In this document: positions 54,996 to 64,000 of the stretch, in pieces
How the letters are laid out: each line of letters starts with the position of its first letter
Position numbering within the stretch: the stretch's first letter is position 1
Origin: Burkholderiales bacterium
Lineage (GTDB): Bacteria; Pseudomonadota; Gammaproteobacteria; Burkholderiales; SG8-41
Length of the DNA: 64,000 nt
Assembly: GCA_036397875.1 (NCBI GenBank)
Contig: DASWIC010000296.1
Coordinates: 13,347 to 77,346, forward strand
Reading direction: 5' to 3'
The notes under the pieces: model-generated
The model's input: only the letters and a program-made list of their open reading frames with translations
Told to the model about the DNA's origin: nothing
The model's database searches: none
Translations under genes and position numbers: made by a program

Positions 54996-55781
54996 ATGCT
55001 GGTCCATCCTCAATTCGATCCGGTCGCAGTCAGCATCGGCCCCGTGGCGGTGCGCTGGTACGGCCTCATGTACCTGGTTGGCTTTGCGCTGTGCTGGGCC
55101 GCCGGTCGCTACCGCATCGCGCGCACGCCCGGGGCCGTGTGGACGGCGAAGGACCTCGATGACGCGCTGTTCTACGTGATACTGGGCACCATTCTCGGCG
55201 GGCGCCTGGGCTACGTCCTGTTCTACAAGCTCGCCGACTTTGCCGCCGAGCCCTGGCGCGTCTTCTACGTCTGGGAAGGCGGCATGTCGTTTCATGGCGG
55301 GATGCTGGGCGTGATCGCCGCCATCGCGTGGTTCGCGTGGCGCCGGCGTCAGGACTGGCTCGCCGTCACCGATTTCATCGCGCCCCTGGTGCCGCTCGCA
55401 CTCGGGGCCGGCCGTCTCGGCAATTTCATCAATGCGGAACTGTGGGGCCGTCCCGCGGCGGTGCCATGGGCGATGGTGTTCCCCAACGTGGACGGCGTGC
55501 CGCGCCATCCCTCGCAGCTCTATGAGTTCTTCCTGGAGGGCGTCCTGCTGTTTGCGGTCCTGTGGTGGTTCTCGCTGCGGCCGCGCCCGCGCGGCGCGGT
55601 CTCGGGGGCGTTTCTGGCCGGTTACGGCCTGTTCCGCTTTCTCGTCGAATTCACGCGCGAGCCCGACCGCTTTCTCGGACTGCTCTCGCTCGGGCTCTCG
55701 ATGGGTCAGTGGCTGTCGGCGCCGATGGTCGTCGCGGGCGCGGCGCTGATCGTATGGGCCTACTCGGCGAAGAAAGCGTGA
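54996..55781 (+). CDS. lgt: phosphatidylglycerol--prolipoprotein diacylglyceryl transferase
   Basis: 261 aa. [34 protein letters not shown] and HPSQLYE motifs. Confidence 0.93.
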   Translation: MLVHPQFDPVAVSIGPVAVRWYGLMYLVGFALCWAAGRYRIARTPGAVWTAKDLDDALFYVILGTILGGRLGYVLFYKLADFAAEPWRVFYVWEGGMSFHGGMLGVIAAIAWFAWRRRQDWLAVTDFIAPLVPLALGAGRLGNFINAELWGRPAAVPWAMVFPNVDGVPRHPSQLYEFFLEGVLLFAVLWWFSLRPRPRGAVSGAFLAGYGLFRFLVEFTREPDRFLGLLSLGLSMGQWLSAPMVVAGAALIVWAYSAKKA

Positions 55782-55814
55782 ATCGTGGCTCGTGAATCGT
55801 GTTTCGAAGCGAGA

Positions 55815-55844
55815 TTGTCGCGATCCGCGGAGCCATTGTAGAAT
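55815..55844 (+). promoter_or_regulatory. putative tRNA promoter
   Basis: TTGTCG - 18 nt - TAGAAT followed by a GC-rich discriminator (TCCGCCCTCGC), ending about 20 nt before the tRNA 5' end. Pattern match only. Confidence 0.4.
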
Positions 55845-55865
55845 TCCGCCCTCGCAGCACAGCCG

Positions 55866-55941
<76 letters not shown>

Positions 55942-56049
55942 ATTCTTCCCGCGCCGGACCCCACCCGGCTTCCCGCCACACTGATACTTGTTTCAGCCTG
56001 GCATCTGGCAGAATAGCGGCACGCTGCCCGCCACAACGAGAACAACGCG

Positions 56050-56676
56050 ATGTTGAACAAGCTGATGCCGCGTGAAGGCAGGTTTTTCGATCTGTTCAAC
56101 GCACACGCGGCGCAGATCGTCGAAGGCAGCCACGCGCTGGTGCGGCTCATCGCCGATCCCGCGTCATCCGCCGCCCATGCCGAGCACATCGATACGGCCG
56201 AGCGCGCCGCGGACAAGATCACGCACGAGGCGATCACGCTGCTGCACAAGACGTTCATTACGCCGATCGACCGCGACCAGATCCACCAGCTCATCACCCG
56301 CATGGACGACATCCTGGACTTGATCCAGGACGTGGCGGAGTCGATCGTGCTCTACGATATCCGGCGCACGACCCCCGAGGCGCAGCAGCTGGCGCAGATC
56401 TGCCAGATGACGTGCGACCGCGTGAAGGCGGCGGTGGGCCTCCTCGCGCATTTGCGCCAGCCGGAGGCGATACTCAAGACCTGCGAGGAGATCGACCGGC
56501 TCGAATCCGACGCCGATCGAGTCATGCGCTCCGCGATGTCGAGGCTGTTCCGGGATGAGCCCGACGTCAAGCAGCTGATCAAGCTGCGCTCAATCTACGA
56601 ACTGCTCGAGTTGATCACCGACCGCTGTGAGGACGTGGCGAATATCGTCGAAGGCATCGTGCTGGAGCACTCGTAG
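56050..56676 (+). CDS. DUF47 / PhoU-like phosphate transport regulator (TIGR00153-type)
   Basis: 208 aa. MPREGRFFDLFNAHA N-terminus and a helical repeat architecture. Immediately upstream of a PiT transporter, which is the usual pairing. Confidence 0.8.
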   Translation: MLNKLMPREGRFFDLFNAHAAQIVEGSHALVRLIADPASSAAHAEHIDTAERAADKITHEAITLLHKTFITPIDRDQIHQLITRMDDILDLIQDVAESIVLYDIRRTTPEAQQLAQICQMTCDRVKAAVGLLAHLRQPEAILKTCEEIDRLESDADRVMRSAMSRLFRDEPDVKQLIKLRSIYELLELITDRCEDVANIVEGIVLEHS

Positions 56677-56687
56677 GACGCCGCCCT

Positions 56688-57695
56688 ATGGATCCCGTCA
56701 CCATCAGCCTGGGCGCGGTGATCTTCCTGATTTTTGTCGCGCTCGTCTTTGACTTCCTGAACGGCTTCCACGATGCGGCGAATTCCATCGCGACCGTCGT
56801 TTCCACGCGCGTGCTCAAGCCGCACCAGGCGGTGCTGATGGCCGCGTTCTTCAATTTCGCGGCGCTGTTCGTCTTTCAGCTCAAGGTCGCGACCACCATC
56901 GGGCGCGGCATCGTCGATCCCTCGGTGGTGGACCATTACGTGGTATTCGGGGCGCTCACCGGCGCGATCGTCTGGAACCTGATCACGTGGTGGTACGGCA
57001 TTCCCTCGAGCTCCTCGCACGCGTTGATCGGCGGCCTGGTGGGCGCGGCGGTGGCGAACAGCGGCATCTGGGCGATGGTCGGAAGCGGGCTCGCCAAAAC
57101 CATCGCCTTCATCTTCATCGCCCCTTTGCTCGGCCTGATCCTCGGCTCCGGCCTGATGATCGCGGTGTCGTGGCTGTTCCTGCGCGCCACGCCGGCGCGC
57201 GTGGACAAATGGTTCCGCAGGCTGCAACTGCTGTCGGCTTCGCTCTACAGCCTCGGCCACGGCGGCAACGACGCGCAAAAAACGATCGGGGTCATCTGGA
57301 TGCTGCTGATCGCGGCGGGCATCACCAGTACGGCCGACCCCGTCCCGGCGTGGGTGGTCGTGTCGTGCTACCTGACGATTGCGCTTGGCACGGCGTTCGG
57401 AGGCTGGCGCATCGTCAGGACCATGGGACAGCGCATCACGAAACTGAGGCCGGTCGGAGGGTTCTGCGCCGAGACCGGCGGGGCGATGACGCTGTTTCTC
57501 GCCACCGGCTTCGGCATCCCGGTATCCACCACCCATACCATTACTGGCTCGATCGCGGGCGTGGGCGCGGCGCAATCGGTCTCGGCGGTGCGCTGGGGCA
57601 TTGCCGGAGACCTGCTTGTCGCCTGGATCCTCACCATCCCGTGCTCGGCATTCCTCGCGGCGATCGCGTGGTGGCTGGCCCAGTACTTTTTCTGA
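56688..57695 (+). CDS. inorganic phosphate transporter, PiT family
   Basis: 335 aa polytopic protein. The duplicated PiT signatures are GFHDAANSIAT and GGNDAQKTIG. Confidence 0.9.
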   Translation: MDPVTISLGAVIFLIFVALVFDFLNGFHDAANSIATVVSTRVLKPHQAVLMAAFFNFAALFVFQLKVATTIGRGIVDPSVVDHYVVFGALTGAIVWNLITWWYGIPSSSSHALIGGLVGAAVANSGIWAMVGSGLAKTIAFIFIAPLLGLILGSGLMIAVSWLFLRATPARVDKWFRRLQLLSASLYSLGHGGNDAQKTIGVIWMLLIAAGITSTADPVPAWVVVSCYLTIALGTAFGGWRIVRTMGQRITKLRPVGGFCAETGGAMTLFLATGFGIPVSTTHTITGSIAGVGAAQSVSAVRWGIAGDLLVAWILTIPCSAFLAAIAWWLAQYFF

Positions 57696-57705
57696 CCGGA
57701 AGTGG

Positions 57706-58863
57706 ATGATGGCGACCTCGTCCGGTACGCTTTCGACCCCGAGCGCGGAGCACCGCGGGCTGCTGGCGGAAAGCGTCGCGGATTTCGTCGCGCGCGGCAC
57801 CGACATCGCGCGGGTGCGCCGGTTGCGCGGCACGAGCGCCGAGTATGACCGCGCACTCTGGAAAAAGATGGCAGGGCTCGGCTGGCTGGGCATCCTCGTT
57901 CCTGAACGCTACGGCGGGCTCGGGCTGGGCCTCGCGGACATGGCGATCGTCGCCAGGGGGCTCGCGCGCGCGCTGATTCCCGAGCCGCTCACCGCGACAG
58001 CGGTGGCGGCGGCGACCGCGCTCGGCGCGGCCGAGAACGAGGCGCTCAAGCGCGCGCAACTGCCGCGGCTCGTCGCAGGAGACCTGCTGCCCGTGCTGGC
58101 GTGGCAGGAGCAGGCGGGTGGACTCGACCCCGCGGCGGTCGAAACCCGCGCGACACCGTTTGAAGGCGGTTTCAAGCTGAATGGCACGAAGCGTTTCGTC
58201 GCCGGCGCGGCCCAGGCCGACGCTTTCCTCGTGTCCGCGCGTGCGGGCGGCGGTGTCGTGCTGTTGCTGCTGCCGCGCGAGACCGCGGGCGCAGCGCTTA
58301 GTTTCGAGCCGCTCGCCGATGGACGCGCGTTCGGCACCCTCGCGCTGCACGATGCGCTCGTTCCCCGGTCCGGCTTGGCGGCAAGCGGGGCGGCCGCACT
58401 CGAGGCGCTCGCCCGGGCGTTCGACCACGGCTGCGCGATCGCGGGCGCGGAGCTCGCCGGCGTGATGGATCGAGCGCTCGAGATGAGCCTGGACTACCTG
58501 CGTACTCGCGTGCAATTCGGAAAGCCGATCGGCGCGTTCCAGGCCCTGCAACACCGCGCGGTGGATCTCCATATACACCGGGAGCTTGCATCCGCGGTGC
58601 TGGAGGAAGCGCTCGACGTGCTCGACCGCAACCCTGCGGCCCCGGCGCGGGCGGCCGCCGCGAGCCGGGTCAAGGCGCGTTGCGCGGACGCGGCGACGAG
58701 AATCACGCGCGAAGCGATCCAGTTCCACGGCGCGATCGGATTTACCGACGAGTTCGACGTCGGGCTCTACCTCAAGCGCGCGCTGGTGCTCACGGCATGG
58801 CTCGGCGGCGCGACCTGGCACCGCCGCCGTTACGCGCGTCTCGCAATCGAATCGTCGACATGA
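57706..58863 (+). CDS. acyl-CoA dehydrogenase family protein
   Basis: 385 aa from ATG 57706. ACAD-like N-terminus (LWKKMAGLGWLGILVPERYGG) and C-terminal FHGAIGFTDEFDVGLYLKRA. ATGA overlap with the next ACAD. Confidence 0.8.
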   Translation: MMATSSGTLSTPSAEHRGLLAESVADFVARGTDIARVRRLRGTSAEYDRALWKKMAGLGWLGILVPERYGGLGLGLADMAIVARGLARALIPEPLTATAVAAATALGAAENEALKRAQLPRLVAGDLLPVLAWQEQAGGLDPAAVETRATPFEGGFKLNGTKRFVAGAAQADAFLVSARAGGGVVLLLLPRETAGAALSFEPLADGRAFGTLALHDALVPRSGLAASGAAALEALARAFDHGCAIAGAELAGVMDRALEMSLDYLRTRVQFGKPIGAFQALQHRAVDLHIHRELASAVLEEALDVLDRNPAAPARAAAASRVKARCADAATRITREAIQFHGAIGFTDEFDVGLYLKRALVLTAWLGGATWHRRRYARLAIESST

Positions 58864-60026
58864 GCTCCCCAACCGCGCAGACCGACTACCACGCGATGGG
58901 CGACGAGGACTTCCGGCGTGAAGTCCGCGCGTTCGTCGAGCGGGAGTATCCGCCGCGCCTGCGCTACATCCTGCACCGCGCGCGCTGGCGCGAGATGAAG
59001 GGCTGGTGGCGCAGGCTCTATGAAAAGGGCTGGATCGCGCCCAACTGGCCGCGCAGCCGCGGCGGCATGGCGCTCGACGCCGGCAAGATGGTGATCTACC
59101 TCGAGGAGATGGAGCGCCACGGCGTCGCGCGGCCGCCGGACCAGGGCATCACCCAGGTCGGCCCGCTCATCATGCGCTTCGGCACCGCGGCGCAGCAGGA
59201 GCACTACCTGCCGCGCACGCTCTCCGGAGAGTACATCTGGTGCCAGGGATACTCCGAGCCCAACGCGGGCTCCGACCTGGCGGGCCTGCAGACCGCGGCC
59301 GTGCTCGAGGGCGAGCACTTCGTCGTCAACGGCCAGAAGATCTGGACCTCGCTCGCCGACGACGCGACCCATATCTATCTGCTCGCCCGCACCGGGAAGG
59401 GCGCGAAGAAGCAGCAAGGCATCAGTTTCCTGCTGGTGGATCTCAAGACGCCCGGCATCACGCTGCGCCCGATCCGCAACCTCGCCGGCCACGACGAGTT
59501 CTGCCAGGTGTTCTTCGACAACGTGCGCGTGCCGCGCGGCAACCTCGTGGGCGAGCTCGATGACGGCTGGACCGTGGCGAAGGCGCTGCTCGGGTTCGAG
59601 CGGCTCTCTATCGGCAGCCCCCGCCGTCCCCAGTATGCGTTGAACCGACTGGAGGCGATCGCGCGCGCGAAGGGCTTGTTCGGCGACCCCGGGTTCGTCG
59701 ACCGTTTTACCGCGCTCAAGCTCGACATCGAGGACGGGGCGACGCTCTACGGCCGCTTCGTCGAGCAGGTCAAGCGCGGCGAGCCGCTCGGGCACGACGT
59801 GTCCATGTTGAAGATCTGGACCATGGAGACGTGGCAGCGCCTGACCGAGCTGCTGGTCGAGGCCGGCGCCGAGCAGGGCGTCCTCGCCGGCGTGCACGAC
59901 GTCGCCGGCGTGGAAGCGGATTTTCTCAACCCTTTCTATTACTCGCGTCCCGCCACCATCTACGGCGGCTCGAGCGAGATCCAGCGCAACATACTCGCCA
60001 AGTACGTGTTGAAGCTCCCCGGTTGA
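58860..60026 (+). CDS. acyl-CoA dehydrogenase family protein
   Basis: 388 aa from ATG 58860. [27 protein letters not shown] and C-terminal [18 protein letters not shown]. Confidence 0.8.
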   Translation: MSSPTAQTDYHAMGDEDFRREVRAFVEREYPPRLRYILHRARWREMKGWWRRLYEKGWIAPNWPRSRGGMALDAGKMVIYLEEMERHGVARPPDQGITQVGPLIMRFGTAAQQEHYLPRTLSGEYIWCQGYSEPNAGSDLAGLQTAAVLEGEHFVVNGQKIWTSLADDATHIYLLARTGKGAKKQQGISFLLVDLKTPGITLRPIRNLAGHDEFCQVFFDNVRVPRGNLVGELDDGWTVAKALLGFERLSIGSPRRPQYALNRLEAIARAKGLFGDPGFVDRFTALKLDIEDGATLYGRFVEQVKRGEPLGHDVSMLKIWTMETWQRLTELLVEAGAEQGVLAGVHDVAGVEADFLNPFYYSRPATIYGGSSEIQRNILAKYVLKLPG

Positions 60027-60094
60027 TTGCCGGCGAAGAGCGCCTCATCATAAGGCGCCGCCCGCGCGCGACCCCGGGCGAAGGAGAGCGATGC

Positions 60095-60475
60095 ATGGCC
60101 CGTCAAGTCATCCATACCGACGCCGCGCCGAAGGCGATCGGGACGTATTCGCAGGCGGTGCGCTGCGGCGCGACCGTCTATCTCGCGGGGCAGATCGCCC
60201 TCGATCCCGCCACGATGGAGCTCGCCGCGGGCGCCGGCCCGCAGATCCACCGGGTATTCCAGAACCTGCAGGCGGTGGCGCGGGCGGCCGGCGGGGACCT
60301 GAAGGACGTCGTGAAGCTCACCGTCTACCTCACCGATCTCGGCCACTTCGCGCTGGTCAACGAGACCATGGCCGCCTATTTTTCGCCGCCCTACCCCGCG
60401 CGCGCCGCGGTCGGCGTCGCGAGCCTGCCGCGCGGCGCGCTGGTCGAGATGGATGCCGTCATGCACCTCGAGTGA
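60095..60475 (+). CDS. ridA: RidA/YjgF-family reactive intermediate deaminase
   Basis: 126 aa. [23 protein letters not shown] and [22 protein letters not shown]. Confidence 0.88.
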   Translation: MARQVIHTDAAPKAIGTYSQAVRCGATVYLAGQIALDPATMELAAGAGPQIHRVFQNLQAVARAAGGDLKDVVKLTVYLTDLGHFALVNETMAAYFSPPYPARAAVGVASLPRGALVEMDAVMHLE

Positions 60476-60611
60476 AGGGGCGCGCCGAGGGGCGGGAGTG
60501 AGGGATGGAGAGAGGTCGGGAGTGAGGGATGGGGGAGGTGACCCCCGGTGGCGCGCAGGGCGCCCGAAACGAAACGTCGATATCTCGCGATGACACCGTC
60601 TGAGGGCGCCG

Positions 60612-62672
60612 ATGGGTGATGGGCCTGACCCATCGCTGTCAGGGTTGAGCCAGTCAACCCTGACGCGGCTCGCGAAGCTGGGGATCGCAGCGAAGTTCGA
60701 TCTCGTTCTTCATCTGCCGCTGCGCTACGACGACGAGACGCGGCGCTATGCGTTGAGCGAGGCGCCGGCGGGCGAGCCGGTCCTGGTCGAGGGCGCGGTG
60801 GTGGAGGCGCATATCCAGTATCGCCCGCGGCGCCAGCTGCTTTGCCACATCGAGGACGGCAGCGGCGTGCTGACCCTGCGCTTCTTCAATTTTTACGCGA
60901 GCCAGTTGAAGCAGCTCGCCGCGGGTGCGCGCGTGCGGGCGTTCGGCGAGATCCGGCACGGCTTCCTCGGGCCCGAAATGGTGCATCCGCGCTACCGGGT
61001 GCTGCACGGCGAAATACCGGTTGCAAGCGCGCTGACGCCGGTGTATCCGACCACCGCGGGTTTACGCCAGGACGATCTGCGGCGCCTGATCGCACGGGCG
61101 CTCGCCGACTGCGATCTGCGGGACACGCTCTCGCCCGCGCTTCTGGAGACGCTGAAGCTCCCGCCATTCCGTGAGGCGGTGGCGCTACTCCACAACCCGC
61201 CGCCTCAAGTTGCGCAGGAGGCGCTGTCGGGCAGGACCCACCCCGCATGGCGCCGCGTCAAGTTCGACGAGCTGCTGGCACAGCAGCTGTCCATGCGCAT
61301 GCACTATCGCCGGCGCAAGGCGGCGGGGGCGCCGGCGCTCAGGCCGCGCGGCAGGGTGGCGCAGGCGCTGCTGGCGCGGTTGCCCTTCAAGCTCACCGCG
61401 GCGCAGAACAAGGCGCTGGCGCAGATCCGCCAGGATCTCGCGCAGCCCTATCCCATGCAGCGCCTGTTGCAGGGCGATGTCGGCAGCGGAAAGACGATCG
61501 TCGCCGCGCTGGCGGCGCTGCAATGCGTGGAGAACGGCCGCCAGGTTGCGATTATGGCTCCCACCGAGATCCTCGCGGAGCAGCACCACAGGAAATTCCA
61601 GGAGTGGGTCGGCGGCCGCGGAATCGCCATCGCGTGGCTTTCCGGCAGCCTCACGGCACGCGCGAAACGCGAGGAGCTGGCGCGGGTGGCCAGCGGCGAA
61701 ACGGCGATCGTCGTCGGCACGCATGCCCTGATCCAGGAAGACGTGCGCTTCCACGACCTGGGGCTCGCGATCATCGACGAGCAGCAACGCTTTGGCGTGC
61801 ACCAGCGGCTCCAGTTGCGGTTGAAAGGCTCGCGCCCCAACAAGGGGGCGCAGCCGCACCTGCTCATGATGAGCGCCACCCCGATCCCGCGGACGCTCGC
61901 CATGAGCTACTACGCCGACCTCGACGTCTCGGTCATCGACGAGATGCCGCCGGGGCGCGGGCCGGTCGCGACCCGGCTGTTTCGTGAGGCGCGGCGCGGC
62001 GAAGTGATCCGGCGGGTGCGCGACGCGTGCCTGGGCGGTGGCCAGGCCTACTGGGTGTGCCCGCTTATAGAGGATTCCGAGGCGCTGCAGCTGAAGACGG
62101 CGCGCGACACCTACGACAAAGTGCGGCAGACGTTTCCGGAGTTGAAGGTCGGGCTGGTGCACGGACGGCTGAAGGGCGAGGACAAGGCGCGCGTCATGGA
62201 CGCGTTCAAGACGGGCGCCATCCGGCTCCTGGTGGCAACGACAGTGATCGAGGTAGGAGTCGACGCGCCGACCGCAACGCTGATGGTGATCGAGAACTCG
62301 GAACGCATAGGCCTCGCCCAGCTGCATCAGCTGCGCGGCCGCATCGGTCGCGGCGCCGGGGACAGCACCTGCATCCTGCTCTATCAGGAACCGCTGACGG
62401 ACGCTGCGCGCGAGCGGCTCAAGATCATCTACGAGCAGCGGGACGGATTTGAGATCGCGCGCCAGGATTTGCGGCTGCGTGGTCCGGGCGAGCTGCTCGG
62501 CGCGCGGCAGAGCGGGGATCCGCTGCTGCGCTTCGCCGACCTCAGTACCGACCTCGATCTGCTCGATGCCGCGCGCGAGGCCGCCGCCAACCTGCTGCGG
62601 GACGAGCCGGACGCGGCGCGAGCCCATCTCGCGCGCTGGCTCGGCGGCCGCCACGATTACTTGAAGGCGTAA
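60612..62672 (+). CDS. recG: ATP-dependent DNA helicase RecG
   Basis: 686 aa. Wedge-domain N-terminus, FKLTAAQNKAL, Walker A GDVGSGKT, IIDEQQRFG, MSATPIPRT and QLHQLRGRIGRG. Confidence 0.95.
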   Translation: MGDGPDPSLSGLSQSTLTRLAKLGIAAKFDLVLHLPLRYDDETRRYALSEAPAGEPVLVEGAVVEAHIQYRPRRQLLCHIEDGSGVLTLRFFNFYASQLKQLAAGARVRAFGEIRHGFLGPEMVHPRYRVLHGEIPVASALTPVYPTTAGLRQDDLRRLIARALADCDLRDTLSPALLETLKLPPFREAVALLHNPPPQVAQEALSGRTHPAWRRVKFDELLAQQLSMRMHYRRRKAAGAPALRPRGRVAQALLARLPFKLTAAQNKALAQIRQDLAQPYPMQRLLQGDVGSGKTIVAALAALQCVENGRQVAIMAPTEILAEQHHRKFQEWVGGRGIAIAWLSGSLTARAKREELARVASGETAIVVGTHALIQEDVRFHDLGLAIIDEQQRFGVHQRLQLRLKGSRPNKGAQPHLLMMSATPIPRTLAMSYYADLDVSVIDEMPPGRGPVATRLFREARRGEVIRRVRDACLGGGQAYWVCPLIEDSEALQLKTARDTYDKVRQTFPELKVGLVHGRLKGEDKARVMDAFKTGAIRLLVATTVIEVGVDAPTATLMVIENSERIGLAQLHQLRGRIGRGAGDSTCILLYQEPLTDAARERLKIIYEQRDGFEIARQDLRLRGPGELLGARQSGDPLLRFADLSTDLDLLDAAREAAANLLRDEPDAARAHLARWLGGRHDYLKA

Positions 62673-62689
62673 TCGCCTATACTGATTTC

Positions 62690-63601
62690 ATGGCCGAAAC
62701 GCCCGCCGGGTACGTCCGGCGCCTGACTCTCACGGAGCGGCTCGACGCCTACGAGCGGCTGATGCGGCTCCATCAGCCGATCGGCGCGCTGCTGCTGCTA
62801 TGGCCGGCGCTGTGGGGTCTCTGGCTCGCGCGGCGCGCCGTTCCCGAGCTGGATGTCCTGCTCATATTCCTGCTCGGCGTCATCCTGATGCGCTCGGCCG
62901 GCTGCGTGATCAACGATTGCGCGGACCGCAGGTACGACCCGCACGTGGAACGCACGCGCGACCGGCCGCTTGCTGCCGGCGTCGTGACGCTGCGCGAGGC
63001 GTTCGCGCTGGCGGCCGCGCTCCTGCTCGCCGCATTTGTCCTCGTGCTGCAGTTGAACTGGCTGACCGTGATGCTGGCCTTCGCCGCGTTCGCAATCACG
63101 GTGATCTATCCTTTCCTCAAGCGCTTCTTCGTGTTTCCGCAGGCCTGGCTCGGCGTGGCGTTCAGCTTTTCGATCCCGATGGCCTACGCGGCGCAGCTCG
63201 CCTACGTGCCGCTCGCGGGATGGGCATTGATGGGCGCGACCTTCTTCTGGATCATCGCCTACGATACCGAGTACGCGATGGTGGACCGCGACGACGATCT
63301 GAAGCTCGGGCTGAAGTCCTCCGCGATCCTGCTCGGGCGCTTCGATGTGGCGGGGGTGATGATCGCGCACGCCCTGTTTCTCGCCAGCCTGACGGCGATC
63401 GGCCGCTGGCAGCGGCTCGAGGTCTTCTACTTTGCGGGGCTCGCGGTTGCGGCAGTGCTGATCCTCTACCAGTACTGGCTGATCCGCGGCCGCGACCGCA
63501 GCCGCTGCTTCCGCGCCTTCCGCAATAACAACTGGGTGGGGCTCGCGGTTTTTACGGGCCTCGCGCTGGACCTTCACTTCCGGTCCGGCATGCTCTCATG
63601 A
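62690..63601 (+). CDS. ubiA: 4-hydroxybenzoate polyprenyltransferase
   Basis: 303 aa polytopic protein. NDCADRRYD (NDxxDxxxD) and DTEYAMVDRDDD motifs. Confidence 0.92.
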   Translation: MAETPAGYVRRLTLTERLDAYERLMRLHQPIGALLLLWPALWGLWLARRAVPELDVLLIFLLGVILMRSAGCVINDCADRRYDPHVERTRDRPLAAGVVTLREAFALAAALLLAAFVLVLQLNWLTVMLAFAAFAITVIYPFLKRFFVFPQAWLGVAFSFSIPMAYAAQLAYVPLAGWALMGATFFWIIAYDTEYAMVDRDDDLKLGLKSSAILLGRFDVAGVMIAHALFLASLTAIGRWQRLEVFYFAGLAVAAVLILYQYWLIRGRDRSRCFRAFRNNNWVGLAVFTGLALDLHFRSGMLS

Positions 63602-63618
63602 GAGCTGGGTGCCGGGCG

Positions 63619-64000
63619 CATGAAATACCGTGACCTGCGCGATTTCCTGGCCGGGCTCGAGGCGCGCGGCGAGCTGAAGCGCGTCACCGCGGCGGTCGAT
63701 CCCTGTCTCGAGATGACCGAGATCTGCGACCGCGTGCTGAAAGCGGGCGGGCCGGCGCTGCTGTTCGAGCGGCCGAAGGGGCACGCGATGCCCGTCCTCG
63801 GGAACCTGTTCGGCACGGTGCGTCGCGTCGCGCTCGGCATGGGCGTGGAAGCCGCGGACCCGGCGGCGGCGTTGCGCGAGCTCGGCAGTCTGCTCGCCGC
63901 ATTGAGAGAGCCCGAACCGCCCAAGGGGTGGAGGGACGCCTGGGACAAGCTGCCGCTGCTGAAGACCGTGCTCGCGATGGAACCGCGCGCGGTCACGCGC
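63619..64000 (+). CDS. ubiD: 4-hydroxy-3-polyprenylbenzoate decarboxylase (5' part; runs off the right window edge)
   Basis: My translation from ATG 63619: [55 protein letters not shown].., a typical UbiD N-terminus. Not in the ORF track because it is open-ended. Confidence 0.88.

Noticed and set aside
53252-55162. 636-aa plus-strand ORF opposite ilvD
   Set aside because: It is antisense to a textbook dihydroxy-acid dehydratase, it also runs through the lgt start in another frame, and its composition is artefactual.

Overview
GC-rich (strong GC3 bias) proteobacterial chromosomal core. About 57 protein genes and one tRNA are densely packed. I saw no rRNA, CRISPR array, transposase, integrase or prophage signal. 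Because the ORF track translates GTG/TTG first codons as M and takes the longest ORF, many starts were re-picked by hand from conserved N-termini and stop/start overlaps. Gene blocks, left to right: hemE, gltDB, a dGTPase-like gene, aroBK and pilQPONM, divergent from mrcA (the order I recall from Pseudomonas aeruginosa); hemB; cytochrome c4; hemL-thiE-thiD; rubredoxin-gloA; rsmA-pdxA-surA-lptD, divergent from amgK-murU; pepP-ubiH; dusB-fis-purH-purD-(unknown)-hemF; a LIV-type ABC importer followed in the same gene string by a sensor histidine kinase and a Ser/Thr kinase with two receiver domains; cytochrome c551; a thioredoxin-fold DUF255 protein; a C39-like peptidase with a small membrane partner; ilvD; lgt; tRNA-Ala(CGC); a DUF47/PiT phosphate transporter pair; two overlapping acyl-CoA dehydrogenases; ridA; recG; ubiA; ubiD (partial). 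The window is mostly housekeeping, and I found no clear novel multi-gene system such as a defence island. Four items are most worth follow-up. (1) The importer-HK-STK-REC-REC string at 40493-49057. (2) The C39-like lipoprotein peptidase plus a partner protein with a Gly-Gly just outside its membrane anchor (51724-53060). (3) A candidate small RNA with CU-rich (anti-Shine-Dalgarno-like) loops and a clean intrinsic terminator (about 19811-19904). (4) Hairpin and heptad repeat elements in two intergenic regions. All functional calls rest on motif recognition by eye; no database search was run.
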